A DNA stretch of 60,544 nucleotides, filler included, from Hausera hauseri (taxonomy: Eukaryota): assembly GCA_046269625.1 (NCBI GenBank). It is 10 parts of 10 records of this genome, joined end to end, with 100 filler letters (N's around TTAATTAATTAA, not from the genome) between each part and the next. Parts side by side here need not be neighbours in the genome. Positions count along the whole stretch, not along the records: positions 33,311 to 40,100 come from JBJURY010064995.1; positions 40,201 to 46,115 come from JBJURY010169196.1; positions 46,216 to 51,027 come from JBJURY010426808.1; 7 more parts are not named here. One strand, given 5' to 3'. This document shows, piece after piece, positions 36,826 through 47,803 of this stretch. Every line of letters begins with the position of its first letter. The first letter of the stretch is position 1. The position numbers and the translations under genes are program-made. The notes beneath the pieces are model-generated. The model worked only from the letters and a program-made list of their open reading frames with translations, had not been told where the DNA came from and searched no databases.

Positions 36826-39524
36826 TAGGGTGGTCCTTAAAATCGAAAATTTGAAAATGTACATTCTCACCCCCAGTTGTGTAAATACATTGTCCAATGA
36901 TGTTCTGTGTACATTATTTAGATGCGCCTCATTCGCGGAAAAAGGTCATACTACGTACTTGCATATAAAGATTTACAATAGTCCGTAACTAGTCAGACAT
37001 AAAGCTAGTTAATAAACTGCAAGGCTATAAAATTTAAAAATACCAAAACTGAACTGTTGTCATGTTTTTGGTTGGCGCCATCATCAAAGCGTAAATGTAA
37101 AAAACTGACTTAGTCATAGTTACTTGTTAGTAGCAATTCATTTCGAAATGCATTTGTTGTGCGCTTAGTAGTAAACTATTGGCTTTAACGGTTCGGTCAT
37201 TCTGTTGCTCACAAACAGTGAAATGAATCCATTTTATCAGTTTAGCGGATTAACAATGGCCACAACACCAAAACGTACAAGGAGTTCAACTGTCATATGG
37301 CTAGTAGGCCAAGAAGAGAATGAACTTAAATGGTGCAAGTTACCTTCAATCGGACAAACATTTTCTCGTTTCATGTATCAACATAATACTATCCATCATA
37401 CAGTTCATAAAAGTGCAAGGATTGTTGTAGAAGAAGAGAATTTTGGGAAAAAGCAAGAATTACGATTCGTACCAAATATCACTGCGTTCAACAGCTAGAA
37501 AGGTTGCACCAGCAATGGAAACTTTTGAAGAAGGCAAAAAGAAGAACTGATAACCAGAAAAGTGAAGAAGCTAATTTCATGAAAAATCTAGATAATTTGT
37601 TTGATATAGCGCATATGAATATTATGAATATGCTAAAGTTCAAGAAGATAAGGAATTTCTAAATGTTCAGAGAGACAGGCCAACGAGGCTACAAGGGTAA
37701 GATTGACAATGTACTAGCTGCTAAAGAAAGGAGAACTGAAAATCTGAACAAACGTCAATTTGATCTGAAAAGGAACTACGATAAGAGAGTGTCGAACAAG
37801 TTTAGATAAGTCGCAATTCCCATGTGGTGGTACATCAGACAGTGAATTGAGGAGTCTAGTACTGATACCGCTGACAGTGATAAGAGCATTACATAATCGA
37901 ATGCAGTAATGCAAAGGAAAAGAAGATCAACTAAAGCTGTTATCACTTCTGACTTGGCAGCAGCCCTTGCTAGATCAAAAGTCTCTGATCGCCTAGCAGA
38001 ATTTATTGACTGCAGCTGCTAAAACACTGGGTCATGGCGCACCACCATATTCCATTAATCGCTCCTCTATCAAACGTGCTAGAGAGCAAATTTGTACTCA
38101 AGTAGCAAACTCATTGAAAGATCAGTTTCAGCCATCAGTTCCCCTAGTTGTGCACTGGGATGGAATGCTACTGAGCGATCTAGCTGGACATGACAAGGTT
38201 GAGCGTTTTCCAGTAATAATTTCAGGTGCACATGTTCATCAGTTAATTGGTGTTCCAAAATTAAAAGCTAGTACCGGTAAAGTCCAAGCTGAGGCAGTTG
38301 CACACCTTTTACAGGAATGGAATTTAACTGACAAAGTCTGTGCGATGTTCTTCGATACAACATGTTTTGTTGGAGCAAAAGTTAACCAGACAACTGCTGT
38401 ATTTGCCTTGTTGCCACCACATTATGGAAATTATGTTAACATATGTTATCGAAAGCAGCAAGTTTACGGCACCATCAAGTCTTTTGACAAAACTAAATAC
38501 GACAGTTGTGACGCTAAATCAGTGAGAGAATGAAGAGATGCCGTAATAACTTTCGCTAAACGTCAGCTACAATTTCGTCAGGTCAGAGATGACTATAGAG
38601 AGCTATAGAGAGGTGTTCGTTTTTCATGTCCTGGTGCTGTTCATCATGCGAAATGGATGGGGAAAGCGCTATATGCATTTAAAATATGGATGTTCAAGGA
38701 ACAGTTCAAGTTGACCCTTCATGAAACCAGTGCATTATACAGCATTTACCACTTCCTCTTCCGGGTTTGTCAGAGCCTGGTTTATAGCTCCAGTTACGAT
38801 TTTTTCTTCTATTAATGACCTAATCGTCTTGCAGTATCTTGATCATTACCGTAAACAAAATGTAGTTGTAGCTGAAGCAGCTGGCAACAAGTTTTGTAAG
38901 TATCTATGGTATCTCAATGAAGAACTCTTTGGGATATCATTCTTTGATGCAGACACCCCATTGGACACAGTGAATTGTTTATAAGGAGCAGCCATAAATT
39001 GACAATTGCGAACTTTGTCACCAAAAACACGCAGACGTTTTTCAAGAACTTGAACATTTCAATGGATTTTGTACAGTCTGATCCTGATTATCAATATCGA
39101 CAAAGGATAGTGAAAGGACTTGAAGTAGTGAATGATAACACATAGAGAGCTGTAGCCGTTATTGATGAATACAACAGTCCCATGACCAAGAAAGAAAGCC
39201 AAAAAGCAGTACTTTGTTCAGGTTGTCCAGGAACATAGAAAATTGTTTCCTGATTGTCGAAAACAGACACAAGTTCAGTGTGAAATGGACGATACTGACT
39301 AACCAAACCGTAAACGTGACCTAAATCTATCTAGAAAGTAAGCTGACTGTATGTGAGTAACGTTTGTAATAAATAAATGCATGTTATTCAATTGCATACT
39401 AATTGAAAATTCAGACGTTTTGAGCCACCTCTAAATATGAAAATATCACTAAATCAATAATTGAAGGGTGAGAACATTGATAATGCAAACTTTGATATTC
39501 AGCATATGGTCAAGGACCACCCTT
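36826..39524 (+). mobile_element. hATm-like DNA transposon with terminal inverted repeats and a decayed transposase
   Basis: TIR TAGGGTGGTCCTT (36826-36838) / AAGGACCACCCTT (39512-39524), 12 of 13 match; VHWDG, FFDTT, LPCCHH, PGAVHHAKWM, LWYLNEEL, VVND..RAV motifs. Confidence 0.85.
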
Positions 39525-39760
39525 ATATATATAAGAAAATTTTCCATTTACTATATAACAATATCGTGTAAAAATTAAAGCTAACAGCTAGATGTGTAGA
39601 ACTTGCTCAATGATACTGAAATGTGAACCACCCGTAACTTGTCAAACACGAAATAGTTTAATACCAAAAAAACGCTAATTACAGTTATTAACATATCAAA
39701 CATGAAATTGTTCATTAGCAAAAAAGCGTTACTTGCATTTAGTAGGAATATCCAAAATCG

Positions 39761-40100
39761 TCAATTGGTGCTTGACGCCCACCGATCACGTGATTTACAT
39801 GTTGTAAGTGTGCCCTTGAACGACTCCAGTATTCGTTTTCGATTACCTTCAACAACCGGGATCGACTTTTGCATCTCGCCTTCATTTTTCGTCCATGTAT
39901 TATTGACGGTTGTCATTAAAGCAATCGATTGCTCCGCAAAATCATTTACATTTACCGAATGCAAAGTTACTTTCGTCCGTTGATAAGACGGAATGGTACT
40001 CCGTGACTGTGAATCTGTTCCTACTAGAACTGCAACGTCCAATCCGAGCAGCTTTAATGCTAGAGTAGAAGCTAAAGTAACTAACTGGTTTAATCTTTGT
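39761..40100 (-). CDS. Probable last exon of an unidentified host gene
   Basis: Open frame from the contig edge to a stop at 39761; no motif recognised. Confidence 0.3.
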
Positions 40101-40258
40101 NNNNNNNNNNNNNNNNNNNNNNNNNNNNNNNNNNNNNNNNNNNNTTAATTAATTAANNNNNNNNNNNNNNNNNNNNNNNNNNNNNNNNNNNNNNNNNNNN
40201 GTTTGGTCACCGTCGTTTTTGTGGGAATCGACTTGACGCTGATAGATAATTTCGACGA

Positions 40259-40430
40259 TTCAGTAATTAAAATGAAGATAAAGATCTTTGGACTGGCAAA
40301 TTCCAGATAAAATTATTGTTGGTATCACTCCAAAATCCAAAGCATCCAGTATTTGACTATCTTCGTACGTAAGAAACATTGACTCTTCCACTCCATTTAT
40401 TTTCATAAAAACTTCGTATCCGACGTCAAT
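40259..40430 (-). pseudogene. Possible Spt20-domain exon fragment
   Basis: GYEVFMKINGVEESMFLTYEDSQILDALDFGVIPTII resembles SPT20 LPYEE.ELLEYLDAEELPP. Confidence 0.35.
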
Positions 40431-42342
40431 GGGAAAAAATTAACATAATGACATTTAGATTCTATTGACAAATTATCGCCTGGAGATCGGCGTTCTCGTA
40501 TTGGTTCCATATGACAATCGACATTCTTTGAAATGTATACAATTTAACGAGATTACATTATTCCAATTATGCATAGAAAATGGTGATAAGCAGATTACAA
40601 AAACAAATTGGCACTGAATTGCGTGTGTTTATTTTAATATTAAAACAAAAAATAGTTTTTTTGAACAAATCACCCATCGGGTAAATGTGGGCACCACAGC
40701 ATTCAACTGAGCATCATACAGGTACTTTTAACAACAGACCAATTCGACACAGAAGAAAAGATCGTTCACCTACAAGACGCAATGCTGCCGAAGAGGAATT
40801 TTGTAAATTGGAACGCTTTGAAATAATCCAAAGTTCCATTCCCCAATGGGCTTCGCCGTTACATATTGTATAAAAGAAGCATGGCACAATACATCTCTGT
40901 GGAGATTACAGTTTGTTAAACTCAATAACGCAGTACGATTCTTATGATGTCCCGTTACTTTCAGATATATTTCAACGCCTTTCTGGATGTAAAATATCAT
41001 AGACCTTCGATGATAAGAAAGCTTATTACCAAGTTCAAATAGCAACTATAGATATTCCGTAAACCCCGGTAATCACTCTCTTTGGACTTTTCCAATACCG
41101 CTACATGGCGTTTGGTTTCAGAAATGCTGACAAACATCTCAACGGCACATAGACACGGTAGTGGCTGGATTACATTTTGCGCATCTATATATGAATGATA
41201 TATTAATAGGTTTCATCAAGGGAAAGCGAATATCTCGATCATTTCAAAATAGTTCCAAAACGTTTACACGTCAGCTAAACTCGGAAAATGCTGTTTCATC
41301 AAGCCGTGTGTACAATTCTTTGGTCACTTTATATCTGACAAAGGTAATTCTCCTCTACATGAACGTCTGAATCAAATAATGAATATTTCTGTACCAAAGG
41401 CTATCACAGAGCTACGTCGTTTTCTTGGTACTCTCCATTTCGTATATTGATTTGTCTCGAATTGCTCAGATCTTACTGCCCGACTAGCTTCATTCAGGGC
41501 TGGCTAGAAACGCGCGACTCTTAAGTGGACGGATTCAATAATTACCGAGTTTAACAACTTGAAAAACAAGCTGCAGACTATTAATATCGTAGCTTATCCG
41601 AACGCAAAAGCTAAACTGTACTTAACAGCAGATGCTTCTTCAGTTGCCACAGGAGGTATACTACATCAGATTACAGAAGAACTATATGAACCTTTGGAAT
41701 TCTTTTCCCTGAAATTCTCCTATGTGGAATGCAGATACTCCATATTTGAAAGAGAACTTTTACCTGTGAAACACTTTAAACACATTCTACAAGCTGGAAC
41801 GTTTACACTACAAACAGATTATAAACATCTGTTACTTATAATATCTATCTCCAAGACAAGAGAGGAAAATTGAATATTTTTAAAACCTTTTACAACATTT
41901 TCTGCCTTCATCTTTCAAGATAAATTACGGGCATATCCTCCAACAAAATATCTTACTCACTGCAAAAGGACGGAAACTATTGCCGGAATATTTTATAATA
42001 TATCAATTCACGGAAAGAAACGAGCAATCACTCACTCGTCGCTAAGAAAGCCTATTTTTTCACCACTTTCATCAGTTACATCATTCAGGAATAAAGACTC
42101 AGTACAAATTAATACTCTCAAAAGTTTTTTGGCCATCCATGCGAAAAGGTGTTCAAATCTGGTGCGATAAATGCATGTCCTGCCAGAATTGTAAAGTAAC
42201 AGGACACATCCAACCGGCGCTCTATAATTTCACGTGTTGAGACCGTACGTATCGATTTAGTGGGACCTCTGCCACAGTGTAACGTTTACAGGTTCCTTCT
42301 AACAATGATGGGCCGATTGACACTTTGGCCCGAACTCACTGC

Positions 42343-42420
42343 TGTGGTGCCCGTGTGCGTTTTCGCCCTTTGGCCCATTCTAGCCGACTACAGTCGGGGG
42401 CGTCGACTCCACTCCTATCG
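42343..42420 (+). repeat. LTR 5'-end fragment related to the contig-10 Gypsy LTR
   Basis: TGTGGTGCCCGTGTGCGTTTTCGCCCTTTGGCCCATTC versus TGTGGTGCCCGCGTCGATCGTCGCCCTCCGGCCCATTC (minus strand from 51522); right limit unknown. Confidence 0.65.
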
Positions 42421-42767
42421 TTTTGCAGATCGGATTAGATTTTTATCAGAATCCTATCGTTTGTGGAGTTCCCAATCAAAACGACCGTCCATTACAATTA
42501 GGATAAAATTGTCGCGTTTCCACCGATTTCACAGGCTAAACTGTCAATCAACCCAGAAATTACAATCATTTTCAATGTATATTCCATAAACGATATTGTG
42601 CACTTCAAATATATTAGCCAAACATAAATGACGATATGCATGGTGGGCCAGAAGTTAGGGGGCAATACCAAAAATGTTGGCTTAAGTATCTGTTCAGTTT
42701 ATTTAAGGTATTATATCTATGCACAGCAATATAATGGATTAAAAGCGATACTTTTATTTACAAATAC

Positions 42768-43440
42768 TCAAATTGTCCACCATTTACTTCGATACAGTTC
42801 AAAACTCTGTTCTTCATCGATGAACACTTTGTGACAGAGCTCCGGAGTAAATAAATGAAAAGCGTTGGTTATTCTTTCTTTCAATTCTTCCAATGAACGT
42901 GGTTTAGTACAGCACACAGCTTCCTTTATAACTCCCCAGAAGAAGAAGATGTCAGGCGGTATAAGGTCGGTGGATCTTGGGTCCACTCGAGTCCTCCCCG
43001 TCGCTCTATCCAACGACTACCAAAATGTCAGTCAACCACTTAGGAGCCATGTTTCCATAATGCGCTGGGGCGCCATCATGCTGAAACCATCTTTCCTGAA
43101 TATTGGGCAAATCTGAGACAGCCAGGTAAAACTTTCCCATCAAAACTGTGGTGTATGACTTGCTTGTTACATTGCCATGAAAGAAAAATGGCCCAATCAA
43201 CGCATCACAGCAGATAGCGGCCCAGACGATTACTCCTGAAGCATTAACATTACGTTCAATTTCTTTATGTGGATTTTCTGCAGCCCTATAAACGGTATTT
43301 GAAATGTGCTTCATCAGACCAAAAAACTTTCGTGAGAAATGAAGGACATTTGTTAAGGAAGGTTTTGCAGAATCATTTCGACGGTCTGGATCATTTTCTG
43401 ACATGGCATGCACGAGATGTTTGAATAGTCTGCGCAAAAG
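42768..43440 (-). mobile_element. Tc1/mariner-superfamily transposase remnant
   Basis: VIVWAAICCDALIGPFFF, WFQHDGAPAHY, PRSTDLIPPD.FFWG.IK, SLEELKERI. Confidence 0.88.
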
Positions 43441-44399
43441 TTTCGGTTTGATAAATTTTTTTAGTTCCTATATTTTGGGATTTCAATAAAACCTCTTGGG
43501 CTTCAAAGTTGTGTATTGATATTTTACAAATTTGTTGATTAAATTGCGCTGGATATTTATCAGGATTCGTTCCATTTGGATTCATTAAATAAAAATTTAC
43601 CCTTGCTAAATAAGATGGATGCATTGTCGGTGTGGAGAAATTGGACAAGGTTATTTCGAAACACCAGAAAAACTTGGTTATGATTTGTTATTCGTATGAC
43701 TTTAACTCAGATTAGAAAAATGCAATTTTACGATCCCAATAAACAAACTCAAAAATAGTAATTGCACTTCGTCAACCCGATGCAGCTACATAGCAGACGT
43801 GTTCATAAAGATGTGTATAAATCGGTTCGGATCCCTGAAATACGTAACCACAGACCAGGGACCTCAGTTTGAATCATCTCATCCTCAGGCGAACGGTCTA
43901 CTTGAACGCTTCCACGCACCCTCAGAGTGTCACTTAAAATTCTCGCAGACCAAAATAAGAATTTGGTATCTACGCTGCCGTATGTTCTACTTAGATGGCG
44001 GAACACTCCGTCGACTTCTACAAATTGTTCACCGGCCCAAGAACCTTTTGGAACGTCCTCTATTCGAACAAATATAACAAAATGATACTTCTGAATATCA
44101 CATTATCAGACAAGCTCAAGACCACTTTTTAGAAGTCAAGAAAGATGCATTCGGCCGTTTGATAAACAAAAACAAGAAATTCCTTTCTGAAAAATTATAC
44201 GAAACCAAGCTCTTCAATGAGTTTGAAACCTCTATATCACAGCCTTTATAAAGTTATCGAACTTTCTTTACACAACGCGAAAATACTCAACAACGGACAA
44301 GAAACAAACGTAAAATTGGCGAATGTGAGGCCATCTACAAGAATTCTTAGAACAGTGTTAGATTGTACTGGCTATTCTTATAGTCTTTACAATCCTATA

Positions 44400-45079
44400 T
44401 GAGGGTTACACTTTTAAAATTGATTAAATTGTTCGTGTTTTATTCTTTTTCTAGCAATATAGAATTCGAGGCTTTCTTCAATATAAAATTTAAGATAAGA
44501 GAAAGTAATTGAAACGTATCCCAAATATTTCTTAACTTTCAAAGACAACAAATACCTGAATGATATTTATTAATATTACAATACAACTGTAAATTCAACA
44601 AAAATTTACAATAAACCAAATTTAACCAAATCAATTACCGCTTGTCTCTCAATTCCTTTAGAGAGAAACTACAATGAAACTAAATTCCAATTTATTATAT
44701 TTTACTAGCCCTTAGGTGCTGTATTACAACTAGCCCTGTGGAGCTGTATCAAATCTCTCTGACGAACCGGAGGAAAATTTATTAATAGTTAACTCGGACG
44801 AACCGGTTTAAGAGTGTTCAGTTCTCTTAATTTAACAGCAGTTTATATAACTGTTTCTGACTAGAATAATACAATCAGAAACAAGGTTATGCGTGATCAG
44901 AGTAGGTATGTGAAATAATCAGTTAAAACAAAACTACTAGTTTTAGCTACTTTTAATCAAAAAGGTGCTAATTAATTATCCTTCATTTCTATGTTACAAT
45001 ATAATATTTACAAAAATATTTTTATTTATCTTCCACATTACAATTTAATATTTACATAAACATTTTTAACTTTCTAACA
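44400..45079 (-). repeat. Putative 3' LTR (TG...CA, ~680 bp), preceded by a PPT at 45080-45090
   Basis: Minus strand GGGTAGGGAAA|TGTTAG ... CCCTCA; distal boundary inferred. Confidence 0.6.
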
Positions 45080-45383
45080 TTTCCCTACCCTTAATGATTT
45101 AGCATACATAGTAAGAAATAAAATATACACCAATAACATATAAAGAGGAAAATACAATAATGAAGATAAGCAAGAAGTAGATCACTAAAATTTACACAGT
45201 TATAATGGAATCAAATAAACGTCACAAATGTTTATCACTAATCAATAGTCTTTTTATTCTCGTCGGTCCAAATCAACTTCATCGTCGTCGATGATTGTGT
45301 TGTCAGCAGTTTCTGAAATTTCGACTGTTTGTTCTTCTTTGTCAGCACTGGGGTTCTCACTGATTGGTTGTTATAAAGTTATG

Positions 45384-46115
45384 TTATAGATTCCTGCTTC
45401 CTGGGTTCCCACGTCTCTTTTTTCTACCGAAATGGTAATCATACTGGTCATCCATGAGTAGTTCATGTAGGGATACAACGGAGTGGTCCGTGGTTAATAT
45501 GGATATCGGAATCCATGTGGTTTGTTTATTTCTGATAACTAGCAAAGCGATCAACTCCAATAATTTACTTTTCACCGTTATATCTGTGATTGTATCTGAT
45601 GAAAACAATTGTCCCCTAAACCTTTGGAAGGAATCAGGATTTATTTCTATTTTCAAATTCCAAATGTCCATAATTTCTCTATACGGCAGGATGACCGTTT
45701 TCTTATCCTTGGTTTGAGTGTACAACAATGAGATTAAAGAATGACCTACCTATTCTCATTCTTTAATTATGCTTTGTTTGATTGTTTTGTTTTGCGGCAC
45801 TGACGTTTCTGGCAAAACTTTGTCTATAACAATATGCACCGATATTTCATTTGCCATGGAGATAAGCAAAAGCTCCGACACTTTGGTTTTAGGCTTCTTA
45901 TGTTGAAAAATAGAACGTAATAAGTGTCTTATCAAATCATTTGAGTCCATCTCGTCAGTTTGAGTGGTTATTTGCGAATTTTTTTCCGTCTGTGTCGTGT
46001 CTTCCTGTATAATTATATCTTCCACCGCTAATATCTCACAATCCGGTTCTTCCAACTCATTAGAAAGACTTATTTTTTTAGTAGGTGTAAAATTGGTCTT
46101 TTCCTTCTCCTTTGC
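45384..46115 (-). pseudogene. Unidentified ORF at the 3' end of an LTR element
   Basis: 45756-46055 and 45384-45728 are in the same frame, separated by stops, about 300 bp upstream of the PPT. Confidence 0.45.
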
Positions 46116-46699
46116 NNNNNNNNNNNNNNNNNNNNNNNNNNNNNNNNNNNNNNNNNNNNTTAATTAATTAANNNNNNNNNNNNNNNNNNNNNNNNNNNNN
46201 NNNNNNNNNNNNNNNACACCCGAATTCAATATCACAATCACGTTAATGATACGAAAGTCTATTTTCCGAATTAGTCTATTTTACCAAATTGGAATATTGA
46301 AGATTCAGTGCTTTTTGGCTGCGCTCCTAAGTCGCAAAAAATACTTGTCCCTTTACCGCGTTTAAGCGTCTGTTTATATACTGGTTGATTCAATATAATT
46401 TGGGATAACCAGCTGTTTTATTGCAAATTAAATACGATAAAATACCATTATCACTATTTACAGGAGTTAAATTTACAAATTCATTACATTCTGCCGCACA
46501 TTAATATCTATGTTAGTAGTTGAAGGTTGGCCCTATCCAACACCCAACTATAACAATGAATGAAACTCAAATTTGAATAATATTATATGAGCAGGTAAGT
46601 CCTAACGTTCTCATTAGAATGTTTGCACTGATTTATAATGCTTGTACTGCGTGTATGTCCTGTGCAAGGTTAACTAGGTCTCAACCTATCTATAAAGTT

Positions 46700-47270
46700 T
46701 AATTGATTTTAATTCTTAAGATAGTGCTAGACCCTCTTAAAGAGAGACGAAAAACTTTAAGGGATTTCAAATACAAAATTTATTGACACAAAGAAAATAA
46801 ACAAACAATACCAACGATACAGTCGTCGACGATCAATAGAATTGAAGTCAGTCAGCTGAAAAACTGGATTAATTCGAAGAATCACTTTGAGCGTCGATCA
46901 ACATTTTCTCCAACCACTGACAACCTCAATTTTCGCAACTCCCTAATATTTGACACAATTTCCAATTGTGCAATTCAAACGCAAAAGAACTCTTTTCCGA
47001 AATCTGCTAGCTTATATAACAGTTGGCAGTTTTTCATTTAACTTGACAAACATTTCCTAACAATTTTTATTTGCTTTTCTTTGTTTTTCTCCTGTCGGAA
47101 CCGCTGAACTATTGTCATTTAAATTCAAACAATTCATATAACGATGCATATACTGCTGATTAATTGTTTAAAGGACTGATAAATTCTAATCTAATTTTAT
47201 TAATTTTCCTTTTTAGCATTCATTTTCAGTTTACATCTGTACAGTTTACGGTTTACGGCTTTTTATAACA
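46700..47270 (-). repeat. Putative 3' LTR, preceded by a PPT at 47271-47282
   Basis: Minus strand AGGGAGGAGAAA|TGTTATAAAAAG; AATAAA near 46780; distal boundary unknown. Confidence 0.6.
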
Positions 47271-47425
47271 TTTCTCCTCCCTGAACGGAACTCTCAGGTA
47301 TGCCCATTGCGTCAGAAGAGGTGCCGCGTAATCGCTCCATTCGTCCACTTCCGAATCCAATTCATCGTGTGGAGATCGCGAGTCAAACCGGTATGCTGTA
47401 GTATGTCTCGGAGGAAATATCTCCA

Positions 47426-47764
47426 CTATTTTTTACTCTCTCCGTTAGAGAAATATCTCAATCTCGTACTTTCAGCCCTACATACTGGACAGGTCGTTTT
47501 CCCGTTTTTCAGGTTCCACGTCTCTAAACAATACTGGCAATATTTATGAGTGCAGTTCTTATTATCTAATACCACGAATCCTTGGTATAGGTCAGCATCA
47601 CAAACAGGACATTCTTCTTTTTCACCTCCGTCTATATCTACGAGATTCTCATCAACCTCGATCCGTTCGAACACGAGCCATTTTGTCCCGATATAGATAA
47701 TCATATAATCGTTTTTGTTAGGGTCTATGGAACTTTTCCTAAGGTCATCCGATACAGTTACCAA
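47426..47764 (-). CDS. C3HC4 RING-finger ORF just upstream of the PPT
   Basis: CPVC-x14-CTHKYCQYC-x12-CPVC at 47480-47611; intronless. Confidence 0.88.
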   Translation of the reverse strand: MVTVSDDLRKSSIDPNKNDYMIIYIGTKWLVFERIEVDENLVDIDGGEKEECPVCDADLYQGFVVLDNKNCTHKYCQYCLETWNLKNGKTTCPVCRAESTRLRYFSNGESKK

Positions 47765-47803
47765 TATCCACTCAACGATTCCTTGTTGGTCTAAATCAGG
47801 TAT

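Larger units (their letters stand above)
40690..44340 (+). mobile_element. Decayed Ty3/Gypsy pol (RT-RNase H-integrase), interrupted at ~42335-43760
   Basis: QWASPLHIV, LYMNDILI, LTADASSVATGGILHQ..YSIFERELL, TDYK, DLVGPLP, WPE // ADVFI..RFG..TTDQGPQFES, HPQANGLLERFH. Confidence 0.88.
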
